Of a stretch of 64,000 bases of DNA, positions 9,216 through 21,033 are shown piece by piece. Position numbers and translations under genes: made by a program. The notes below the pieces were generated by a model. It did not search any database. It was given only the letters and a program-made list of their open reading frames with translations, and was not told the origin of the DNA. Position 1 is the first letter of the stretch, and each line of letters starts with the position of its first letter. Origin of the DNA: an uncultured Gemmatimonadales bacterium (lineage in GTDB: Bacteria > Gemmatimonadota > Gemmatimonadetes > Gemmatimonadales > GWC2-71-9); the NCBI GenBank assembly GCA_963730185.1, contig CAVSQW010000013.1:151245-215244 (forward strand), written 5' to 3'.

Positions 9216-11216
9216 TCACGGCGAGGCGGCCGGCTCGTCGCCCGGGGGGAGGGTGGGGGTGGGGCCGCGGAGCACCACCGTCGCCAAGGGGGGTAGCGTC
9301 GCCACCACGCTCTGGAGAAAGCCGTGCTGAGCGAGGGGGACGGCCTCGAGCGCCCCCGCGTTGCCCTGGCCGCTGCCGCCGTAGACCGGTGCGTCGCTGT
9401 TCAGGATCTCGGTCCAGGCGCCGTCGCTCGGGACCCCGATGCGGTAGTGGTGGCGCGGCACCGGGGTGAAGTTGCAGGCGATGACCAGGGGGGCGCCGTG
9501 CCGGCTGGTGCGGAGCATGAGCAGGATGCTCTGGTCGGTGTCGCTGCAGTCGATCCACCGGAAGCCCTCGGCCTCGAAGTCCAGCTCGTGGAACGCGGGC
9601 TCGGCGCGATAGGTAGCGTTGAGGTCCTGAACCCACCGCTGCACACCCCGGTGGGGTGCCCATTCGAGGAGATGCCAGTCGAGGCTGGCGTCGTGGTTCC
9701 ACTCCCGGCACTGGGCCAGCTCGGCTCCCATGAAGAGCAGCTTCTTGCCCGGTTGGGCGTACTGGTAGCCCAGGAGGAGCCGGAGGTTGGCGAACCGCTG
9801 CCACTCGTCGCCCGGCATCTTGCCCAGCAGCGAGCCCTTGCCGTGGACCACCTCGTCGTGCGACAGCGGCAGCACGAAGTTCTCGGAGCTCAGGTAGATC
9901 CCCCGGAAGGTCAGCTCCGAATGGTTGTGCTTCCGGTACACCGGGTCACGCGAGATGTAGCGCAGGGTGTCGTGCATCCACCCCATGTCCCACTTCATCC
10001 CGAAGCCGAGCCCGCCGACGTAGGTGGGCCGGGACACCATGGGCCAGGCGGTCGACTCCTCCGCGATGGTGACCGCTCCGGGGAAGGCACGGTAGACCTC
10101 TTCGTTGAGGCGGCGAAGAAACGAGATCGCTTCGAGGTTTTCGTTCCCACCGTACTGGTTGGGGATCCACTCGCCCTCCGGGCGGGAGTAGTCCAGGTAG
10201 AGCATCGACGCCACCGCGTCCACCCGGAGCCCGTCGGCGTGGAACCGGTCCAGCCAGTAGAGCGCGTTGCTGAGCAGGAAGCTCTGCACCTCGCGGCGGC
10301 CGTAGTTGAAGATCAGGCTTCCCCAATCCGGGTGGAACCCCTGCCGCGGGTCCTGGTGCTCGTAGAGGTGGGTCCCGTCGAAGTAGCTGAGCCCGTGCTC
10401 GTCGGTGGGAAAATGAGACGGAACCCAGTCGATGATCACGCCGATCCCGTGCTGGTGCAGGGTGTCGATCAGGTACATCAGATCCTGCGGCGTGCCGTAC
10501 CGCCCGGTCGGCGCGAAGTACCCCGTGACCTGGTATCCCCACGACCCGTAGAACGGATGCTCCATGATCGGGAGGAGCTCCACGTGGGTGAAGCCCATTT
10601 CCTTCACGTAGGGCACCAGCTGGTCGGCGAGCTCGCGATAGCTGAGCCAGCGGTTCTCTTCCTCGGGGATCCGCCGCCACGAGCCGAGATGGACCTCGTA
10701 GGTCGACATCGGCTCCTGGGCGGGCTTCCCGTCGCGCCGGCGGTCCATCCAGGCCCGATCCTGCCAGGTGTAGTCGAGATCCCAGACGATGGACGCCTGG
10801 CGGGGCGGTTGCTCGGCGAAGTAACCGACCGGGTCGGCCTTGTCGACCCGATAGCCGTTCAGGCCGGAGGCCACGTGGTACTTGTAGCGGGTGCCCTTGC
10901 CGACGCCGGGGAGGAATCCGCTCCAGATCCCGGACGAGGCGATCGCCTCGAGCGGGTGGGAGGTGGTGTTCCACTCGTTGAAGTCGCCCATCACGGCCAC
11001 CCGCTCGGCGGCCGGGGCCCAGACCGCGAACCGGGTGCCGGCGACCCCGTCGACCGTGTCGGGGTGGGCGCCGAATTTCTCGTACATCCTGAGGTAGGTG
11101 CCCTCGTTGAAGAGGTGGATGTCCTCGGGCGTCAGGCTCAGCCCGGGCGGCGGGGGGTCGGGGCGGCGCGTCCCTGGGCGGGTCCGCGGAGTGCTGGGGC
11201 GCTTACGGTCGGCCAT
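9216..11216 (-). CDS. glgB: 1,4-alpha-glucan branching enzyme
   Basis: [49 protein letters not shown]. Confidence 0.97.
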   Translation of the reverse strand: MADRKRPSTPRTRPGTRRPDPPPPGLSLTPEDIHLFNEGTYLRMYEKFGAHPDTVDGVAGTRFAVWAPAAERVAVMGDFNEWNTTSHPLEAIASSGIWSGFLPGVGKGTRYKYHVASGLNGYRVDKADPVGYFAEQPPRQASIVWDLDYTWQDRAWMDRRRDGKPAQEPMSTYEVHLGSWRRIPEEENRWLSYRELADQLVPYVKEMGFTHVELLPIMEHPFYGSWGYQVTGYFAPTGRYGTPQDLMYLIDTLHQHGIGVIIDWVPSHFPTDEHGLSYFDGTHLYEHQDPRQGFHPDWGSLIFNYGRREVQSFLLSNALYWLDRFHADGLRVDAVASMLYLDYSRPEGEWIPNQYGGNENLEAISFLRRLNEEVYRAFPGAVTIAEESTAWPMVSRPTYVGGLGFGMKWDMGWMHDTLRYISRDPVYRKHNHSELTFRGIYLSSENFVLPLSHDEVVHGKGSLLGKMPGDEWQRFANLRLLLGYQYAQPGKKLLFMGAELAQCREWNHDASLDWHLLEWAPHRGVQRWVQDLNATYRAEPAFHELDFEAEGFRWIDCSDTDQSILLMLRTSRHGAPLVIACNFTPVPRHHYRIGVPSDGAWTEILNSDAPVYGGSGQGNAGALEAVPLAQHGFLQSVVATLPPLATVVLRGPTPTLPPGDEPAASP

Positions 11217-11292
11217 GGGTCGGTCCCTTCTCGCGTCCTGGGCGGCGCCCAGTGACGGACGCGGTTCGACAGGAAGGCTAACGCCATCCCGG

Positions 11293-14649
<3,357 letters not shown>

Positions 14650-14894
14650 GCTGCCTCCCGTTCCCGCCGCTGCCACGGGGGTGATGCTGGTCGAAGGGTC
14701 GAGGGTCATCGGTCCGGCGGTGGCGGGCGGAGAGACGGCGGCAGCCGATCGCTAGGGACGACGCGTCCAGCCTGAGGCCCTGCCCGGCGCCGGGTGAGGA
14801 GGGCGACCGCCGCTCGCTGAATCGGCCGGGAGTCGCTAGATTTGCGACTCACGGTCGTTTACGACTACAAGTAATCATACCAGAGCAACTCGTT

Positions 14895-14918
14895 GGCAGT
14901 CAAATAGCTATGACTGCC
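14895..14918. promoter_or_regulatory. Perfect 8-bp inverted repeat, candidate TetR operator
   Basis: GGCAGTCA-N8-TGACTGCC just upstream of tetR in the treS/tetR divergent region. Confidence 0.5.
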
Positions 14919-14931
14919 GACCCCCGACCCA

Positions 14932-15564
14932 ATGACTATGGCCGATCCCCCGAGCGAGGCTCGTCGCCCTGGCCGCCGCGACCGTCGCCGAGAGCGGACT
15001 CGAACCCGGCTCTTGGAAGCCGCGATGGATCTCTTCGCCCGCCGAGGTCTCTACGGCGCCCGGATCGAGGACATCACCGAGCAGGCCGATCTCGGCAAGG
15101 GCGCTTTCTACAACTATTTCGACTCGAAGGAGGGGCTGGCGGCCGAGCTGCTGGGTGCGGCGGTCGACCGATTGGATCGGGAGTACCTGGCCGAGGCGGT
15201 CGCGGGAAAACGAGGGACGGACCGGGTCGCCGCGCTGCTTCGGGCCCACGACCGGTTTTTCGACGAGCAGCCGCAGTTCCTCCTGCTCTTTCACCAGGCC
15301 CGCGGGCTCCTCCGGGTGGAGGCAGGGGCTCGGGGATCGCTCGGCGGGGCGGTGGAGCACTACCTCGGGCGGCTGGCGGGGCGGCTCACGGGCCGGGAGG
15401 TGCCGGATCCGGGCGACCTGGAGGCCGCCGCGCTGGTGGCGGGGGCGCTGGCCGGCTATCGCTCGTTTCGGCTCTCGGCCGGGCTGGGCTCGGAGCGGCT
15501 CCCGCTCGACCGGGCGCTGGCCTCGGGGGTGGCCCGGCTGCTGGGCGGGGAGGGGCCCGCCTAA
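14932..15564 (+). CDS. TetR/AcrR family regulator
   Basis: IEDITEQADLGKGAFYNYFDSKE HTH. Confidence 0.92.
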   Translation: MTMADPPSEARRPGRRDRRRERTRTRLLEAAMDLFARRGLYGARIEDITEQADLGKGAFYNYFDSKEGLAAELLGAAVDRLDREYLAEAVAGKRGTDRVAALLRAHDRFFDEQPQFLLLFHQARGLLRVEAGARGSLGGAVEHYLGRLAGRLTGREVPDPGDLEAAALVAGALAGYRSFRLSAGLGSERLPLDRALASGVARLLGGEGPA

Positions 15565-15615
15565 CGCCCGGGCCGGGCCTCGCCGGCGGTGGTGACCCGG
15601 ATCAGCTCGGCCACC

Positions 15616-15999
15616 TCACTTGGCTCCGGAAACCCCCGGCGTGTCCTCGGGCTTGACCCCGTCGTCGATCGGGACGACGGCGGTGCGCCAGCCGCTCTTG
15701 AAGGTGATGGTCAGCCGATAGCCCAGGGTGTCGGGCACCACCGTGGCGACGGTGGGCAGGGTCTTGGCATACTCCATCGCCTTGGTCACCTGGACGGCGC
15801 GGGCGTCGGGCGTGTTGCCTCCGTACCACTGGGCCAGCGACCGGCCAATGGCGACCGCTTCGGCCTGCTCGGTCCCGTAACGGGCATAGGTGGAGGCGGG
15901 GCGAAGGCCCGCCTGGTCGGCGAGCGGCGCGTGAGCATCGTATGGTCGGCAGGCCACTAGGCCACCGAGCGCGATCATGGCCACCAGGCTACGGTGCAT
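15616..15999 (-). CDS. Hypothetical lipoprotein
   Basis: MHRSLVAMIALGGLVAC lipobox; GAGGAG SD. Confidence 0.75.
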   Translation of the reverse strand: MHRSLVAMIALGGLVACRPYDAHAPLADQAGLRPASTYARYGTEQAEAVAIGRSLAQWYGGNTPDARAVQVTKAMEYAKTLPTVATVVPDTLGYRLTITFKSGWRTAVVPIDDGVKPEDTPGVSGAK

Positions 16000-16069
16000 G
16001 AGCTCCTCTTCCGATTCGATGGAACGGCGAAGCAGAATATAACTACCCCTTGCTCTCTGGCGACTCCCG

Positions 16070-16999
16070 ATGCTGACCCCTCTGCTCATCACTCTGCTCG
16101 TCGCGAGCCAGGCTCCCTCCGGCCCGCTGGTGGTGTCGACCGCGGGCAGTCTGGCGGCCCCGATGCGCGAGTTGTTGGCCGCGTTTCGGCGCCACTATCC
16201 CGAGGTCGAACCCCAGCGGGAGAGCTCCGGGAGCGTGGAGGCCGCCCGCAAGCTCGCCGAGTTCGGCCGGATTCCCGACGTTCTCGGCGTGGCCGACGGC
16301 ACCGTGATCGACGAGCTGCTGGTGCCCAGGTTCACGGGCTGGTGGCTGGCCTTCGCGTCGAACGCCATGGTGGTGGCGTATACGGACGCCTCGCGCGGGG
16401 CCGACGAGATCACGCCCGCCAATTGGATGGACGTGCTCCAGCGAAAAGGCGTGAGGGTGGGCCGGTCCGATCCGGCCCAGGACCCGAGCGGCTATCGAAC
16501 CCTGATGGTCTTTCAGTTGGCGGAGCGCTTCTACCATCGGCCGGGGCTGGCGGCGGCCCTGCTGGCTCATAGCACCAGGGAGTACACCCGGCCGAAGGAG
16601 GTGGACCTGATCGCGCTGCTCGAGACCGCCAACCTCGATTATGCCGTCTTCTATCGGACCGTGGCCCGCCAGGGGCATTTCAAGTGGATCGATCTGCCGC
16701 CGGAGATCGACTTGAGCGATCCCGATCGGGCGGACGAGTACGCCCAGGCGACGGTGACGATCCCGCGATCCCGCCGCGAGGCCAAGGGCGACATCCATCT
16801 CGCGGGTGCGCCGATCGTCTACGGGATCACCATTCCGAGCGCCGCGGCACATCCGGCGGCGGCCCGGGCCTTTCTCCGCTTCGTGCTCGGCCCGGAGGGC
16901 CGGCGGATCCTCGATCGGTACGGGTTCGTGCTGCCGAACCGGCCGGTCGTCCATGGCGACTCCACGGCGGCCCGGGTGGCCATGGGGGGCGATGATTGA
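16070..16999 (+). CDS. Tungstate/molybdate ABC substrate-binding protein (WtpA-like)
   Basis: AGSL, SGSVEAARK, SDPAQDPSGYR, RPKEVDL, PIVYGITIP; signal peptide. Confidence 0.85.
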   Translation: MLTPLLITLLVASQAPSGPLVVSTAGSLAAPMRELLAAFRRHYPEVEPQRESSGSVEAARKLAEFGRIPDVLGVADGTVIDELLVPRFTGWWLAFASNAMVVAYTDASRGADEITPANWMDVLQRKGVRVGRSDPAQDPSGYRTLMVFQLAERFYHRPGLAAALLAHSTREYTRPKEVDLIALLETANLDYAVFYRTVARQGHFKWIDLPPEIDLSDPDRADEYAQATVTIPRSRREAKGDIHLAGAPIVYGITIPSAAAHPAAARAFLRFVLGPEGRRILDRYGFVLPNRPVVHGDSTAARVAMGGDD

Positions 17000-17152
17000 G
17001 TCCGGCCCCGGCGATCCCGGACACCGCCGATCTCGGTGCCGCCCGGCCCAAGGGTGGCGCCCGGTTGGGCGCGGTGCTTAGATAGAGCATTCGAGCCGGA
17101 CTCGCCCTGAGGGGTGGTCCGCCTGTCCTCACACGGTCCCGGGCCCAATTCC

Positions 17153-18781
17153 ATGAACGGCACTTTCGACGTCCCGCATCCGGTCAACGAACCCGTCCTG
17201 TCGTACGCCCCCGGCACCCGGGAGCGCGAGCAGCTCAAGGCGGAGCTCAAGCGCATGAGCGGCGAGGTGGCCGACATCCCCCTGATCGTCGGCGGCCAGG
17301 AGATCCGGACCGGCCGGACCCATCCGGTCGTCTCGCCCCACCGCCATGCCCACGTCTTGGGCCGGGTGCATGAGGCCGACTCGAAGACGCTGAACCAGGC
17401 GGTTCGCGCGGCGGAGCGGGCGCAGAAGGAGTGGGCCAGCTGGTCGCTGGAGTCGCGGGCGGCCGTTTTTCTCAAGGCGGCCGATCTCCTGGCCGGTCCC
17501 TGGCGCCAGGTGCTCAACGCCGCCACGATGCTCGGCCAGAGCAAGACGGCGTTCCAGGCCGAGATCGACTCGGCCTGCGAGCTGATCGACTTCTGGCGCT
17601 TCAACGCGACCTACGCCGCGGACCTCTACACCCGCCAGCCGATCTCGTCGCCCGGGGTCTGGAACCGGATGGAGTACCGGCCGCTCGAGGGTTTCGTGTA
17701 CGCCATCACCCCGTTCAACTTCACCGCGATCGGGGGTAACCTGCCCGGCGCGCCGGCGCTGATGGGCAACACGGTGGTCTGGAAGCCCTCGAGCACCGCG
17801 GCGCTCAGCAACTACTACGTGATGAAGCTGCTGGAGGCGGCCGGCCTTCCGCCGGGCGTGATCAACTTCGTTCCGGGCGACGCGGTGGCCGTGAGCAACC
17901 GGTTGCTGAGCGACCGGAAGCTGGCCGGCATCCATTTCACCGGCTCCACGGCGGTTTTCCAGAGCCTCTGGCGGACGGTGGGTGAACGGATCGCCGACTA
18001 CGCGACCTATCCCCGGCTGGTGGGCGAGACCGGCGGCAAGGACTTCGTGGTGGCGCATCCCAGCGCCGATCCGGCGGCGGTCGCGGTCGCCCTGGTCCGG
18101 GGCGCCTACGAGTACCAGGGTCAGAAGTGCAGCGCCGCCTCGCGCGCCTATCTCCCGCAGAGCCTCTGGAACGAGGTCCGCGACCGGATGGTGGCCATGA
18201 TCGACGAGATCAAGATGGGCGACGTGGCCGACTTCCGGAACTTCATGGGCGCGGTGATCGACGCCAAGGCGTTCAAGAAGCTCGCCGGGTATCTCGACCA
18301 GGCCCGGAAGGACCGGGGCGTGAAGATCCTGGCCGGCGGCGGCGCCGACGACAAGAAGGGCTGGTTCATCGAGCCCACCCTGATCCAGGTCAGCAATCCG
18401 CAGTACCGGACCATGTGTGAGGAGCTGTTCGGACCGGTGCTCACGGTCTACGTCTATCCCGACAAGCAGTGGAAGCAGACGCTCCGGGCGGTCGACACCA
18501 CCAGTCCCTACGCGTTGACCGGGGCGGTCTTCGCGCGGGACCGCGCCGCCGTCGAGGAGGCAGCCGCCACGCTCCGGCACGCGGCCGGGAATTTCTACGT
18601 CAACGACAAGCCCACGGGCGCGGTGGTGGGCCAGCAGCCGTTCGGCGGCTCGCGCGCCAGCGGGACCAACGACAAGGCCGGCTCCTTCTTGAATCTGATC
18701 CGGTGGGTGTCGCCGCGGTCGATCAAGGAGACGTTGGTGCCCCCCACCGACTACCGCTACCCGTTCATGACGGCGCCGTGA
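17153..18781 (+). CDS. pruA: L-glutamate gamma-semialdehyde (P5C) dehydrogenase
   Basis: QAEIDSACELIDF, FTGST, GETGGKDF, EYQGQKCSA, QQPFGGSRASGTNDK. Confidence 0.96.
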   Translation: MNGTFDVPHPVNEPVLSYAPGTREREQLKAELKRMSGEVADIPLIVGGQEIRTGRTHPVVSPHRHAHVLGRVHEADSKTLNQAVRAAERAQKEWASWSLESRAAVFLKAADLLAGPWRQVLNAATMLGQSKTAFQAEIDSACELIDFWRFNATYAADLYTRQPISSPGVWNRMEYRPLEGFVYAITPFNFTAIGGNLPGAPALMGNTVVWKPSSTAALSNYYVMKLLEAAGLPPGVINFVPGDAVAVSNRLLSDRKLAGIHFTGSTAVFQSLWRTVGERIADYATYPRLVGETGGKDFVVAHPSADPAAVAVALVRGAYEYQGQKCSAASRAYLPQSLWNEVRDRMVAMIDEIKMGDVADFRNFMGAVIDAKAFKKLAGYLDQARKDRGVKILAGGGADDKKGWFIEPTLIQVSNPQYRTMCEELFGPVLTVYVYPDKQWKQTLRAVDTTSPYALTGAVFARDRAAVEEAAATLRHAAGNFYVNDKPTGAVVGQQPFGGSRASGTNDKAGSFLNLIRWVSPRSIKETLVPPTDYRYPFMTAP

Positions 18782-19581
18782 TCCGACCGGCGGCCGCCCT
18801 CCTGGTCGGCCTGCTGGTGCTGCAGGCTGAAGCGCCCCGATACCGCGGGGCGCTTCTCCGTTGCGCCGCCTTCACGGAGGAAGCCGACGCCCAGGTGGTG
18901 GGCCGGAGCGGCGTGGCCACGGTCCAGGACCGGATCTCCCGTCGTGGACTCCTGGTGATCACCCTCCGCGACTCGGCCGGCGTGGGGCGGGTCACCGCCT
19001 GGTACGACTCGCTCTCGGTCTGGCGGGACACCGACGCGGGCCGTGAGCTGGCGGAGACCGACGGCTTCGTCGGTGGCCGCTACGAGGGCGTCCTCTCGAC
19101 CGACGGGCGCTACCGACGGCTGCGGACGCCGTTCGTCCCCGGCCCGTTGGCGGAGATGGTCGATCTGGCCGCGGCGCTCGACGACTTCCTGCCCCGGCTG
19201 CCCGGGCGGGCCCTGGAGCCGAGAGACCGCTGGCGCGACACCACCGGCCTCGAGATCGAGCGGATCGAGGACTCACGGGTGGACGACCGGCGGCTCAGCC
19301 GATACCGGTGGACCGCCGATCGTCGGGCCAGAGACACGATCCCGACCGGCAACGACAGCCTGGCGGTCGAGGTGGAGCAGCGGACTCGGGAGAGCGGCGA
19401 GCTCACCTGGTCGGTGGAGTACGGGCCGCTGGCCTGGTCGCGCACGATCGGGGTGGACGCGCACGTGCCGGCCCGGCTCGGCGTGACCCGGTCACTCGCC
19501 ACCCGGGTGGACCAGCGGGTGCGGGTCTTTCAGGTCTTCGATCACCCCGCGTGTGTGGCGGAGCGGAAGGAGCGACCATGA
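18778..19581 (+). CDS. Hypothetical exported protein
   Basis: GTGA overlap with pruA and ATGA overlap with the nitrilase; signal-like N-terminus. Confidence 0.7.
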   Translation: MIRPAAALLVGLLVLQAEAPRYRGALLRCAAFTEEADAQVVGRSGVATVQDRISRRGLLVITLRDSAGVGRVTAWYDSLSVWRDTDAGRELAETDGFVGGRYEGVLSTDGRYRRLRTPFVPGPLAEMVDLAAALDDFLPRLPGRALEPRDRWRDTTGLEIERIEDSRVDDRRLSRYRWTADRRARDTIPTGNDSLAVEVEQRTRESGELTWSVEYGPLAWSRTIGVDAHVPARLGVTRSLATRVDQRVRVFQVFDHPACVAERKERP

Positions 19582-20510
19582 CGATCGTTCGGGGAGCCGT
19601 GGTGCAGGACGCATCGGTCGGCTTCGACCCCGTGGCCACGGTGGACCGGGTCGCGGCCCGGCTGGCCGAGGCCCGGCGCCAGGGCGCCGAGCTGGTGGTG
19701 TTTCCCGAAGCGTTCGTCGGCGGCTATCCCAAAGGGGCCGACTTCGGCGCCCGGGTCGGGATGCGCTCGGAGGCGGGGCGGCACGAGTTCGAGCGCTACC
19801 ACGCCGGCGCCATCGACGTCCCTGGACCGGTTACCGAACGGCTGGGCGAGCTGGCAGGCGAGCACGGTCTCTTCCTGGTGGTCGGCGTGATCGAGCGGAG
19901 CGGCGGGACCCTCTACTGCACCGTGCTCTTCTTCTCCGCCGAGGGCGTCATGGTGGGCCGGCACCGGAAAGTCATGCCGACCGCCATGGAGCGGCTCATC
20001 TGGGGCTTCGGCGACGGGTCCACGCTCGACGTCGTCGACTCGCCGCTCGGGAAGGTCGGCGCGGTGATCTGCTGGGAGAACTATCTCCCGCTCCTTCGGA
20101 CCGCCATGTACGCCCGGGGGGTCGAGCTCTACTGCGCCCCGACCGTCGATGACCGCGAGACCTGGCTCCCGACCATGCGACACATCGCGCTCGAGGGCCG
20201 GTGCTTCGTCCTCTCGGCCTGCCAGTACGCTCGCCGCTCGGACTACCCGGCCGACTATCGGCCGATCCAGGGCGACGACCCCGGCACCGTTCTGATCCGG
20301 GGCGGGAGCGCGATCGTGAGCCCCCTGGGGCGGGTGCTGGCCGGCCCGGTCTTCGATCAGGCCGCGGTGCTGGTGGCCGATCTGGATCTGGGCGAAATTG
20401 CTCGGGGGAAGTACGATCTGGATGTGGTCGGCCACTACGCCCGGCCCGACCTGTTCCGGCTGTCGGTCAATACCGCGCCTCTGGCGCCGGTCCGCTTCGA
20501 ATCAAGCTGA
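19578..20510 (+). CDS. Nitrilase / carbon-nitrogen hydrolase
   Basis: FPEAF, HRKVMPT, ICWENY catalytic E-K-C triad; DVVGHYARPD. Confidence 0.93.
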   Translation: MTIVRGAVVQDASVGFDPVATVDRVAARLAEARRQGAELVVFPEAFVGGYPKGADFGARVGMRSEAGRHEFERYHAGAIDVPGPVTERLGELAGEHGLFLVVGVIERSGGTLYCTVLFFSAEGVMVGRHRKVMPTAMERLIWGFGDGSTLDVVDSPLGKVGAVICWENYLPLLRTAMYARGVELYCAPTVDDRETWLPTMRHIALEGRCFVLSACQYARRSDYPADYRPIQGDDPGTVLIRGGSAIVSPLGRVLAGPVFDQAAVLVADLDLGEIARGKYDLDVVGHYARPDLFRLSVNTAPLAPVRFESS

Positions 20511-20563
20511 AGCCGCCGCCGTCGACCCTCGGCTCGTCACCCGGACCGGCGGCGGTGACCTTC

Positions 20564-20613
20564 CCATTGACGTTCTATGGAAGCGAAGTATCTTCTCCAT
20601 AGACGTTCTATGG
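20564..20613. promoter_or_regulatory. Tandem palindromic PadR operator sites
   Basis: CCATTGA-CGT-TCTATGG (20564-20580) and perfect CCATAGA-CGT-TCTATGG (20597-20613), directly upstream of padR. Confidence 0.7.
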
Positions 20614-20623
20614 GAGACCTGCC

Positions 20624-20953
20624 GTGCGACTCGAGCTCCTCCAAGGCACCCTCGACCTCCTCATCCTCAAGGCCCTGAGCTGGGGCCCCAATCACGGCTA
20701 CGGCGTCGCCCGCTGGATTCAGGCGCAGTCGGGCGACGCGTTGTCCGTGGAAGAGGGGTCGCTCTATCCCGCCGTCCACCGGATGACCCGGCGTGGCTGG
20801 CTCGCCGCCGAGTGGGGCGTCTCCGCCAACAACCGCCGGGCTCGCTTCTACAAGCTCACTGCCCTGGGCCGCCGCCAGCTGGCGGAGGAGCGTAAGGCCT
20901 GGCAGCGGTTCAGCGACGTCGTGGGAGGAGTCTTGGAGGCGGAGCGAGGGTGA
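20624..20953 (+). CDS. PadR family regulator (acidobacterial ADOP-associated type)
   Basis: LLQGTLDLLILKAL, HGYG, EEGSLYPA, EWGVSANNRRARFY. Confidence 0.93.
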   Translation: MRLELLQGTLDLLILKALSWGPNHGYGVARWIQAQSGDALSVEEGSLYPAVHRMTRRGWLAAEWGVSANNRRARFYKLTALGRRQLAEERKAWQRFSDVVGGVLEAERG

Positions 20954-21033
20954 TCGGCGAGCGGAGATCGAAGGGTGGCGAGGGAGCGGAGTGGGCGATG
21001 GTGGGGCGGGCCCGACCGACCGGAGGATGAGCG

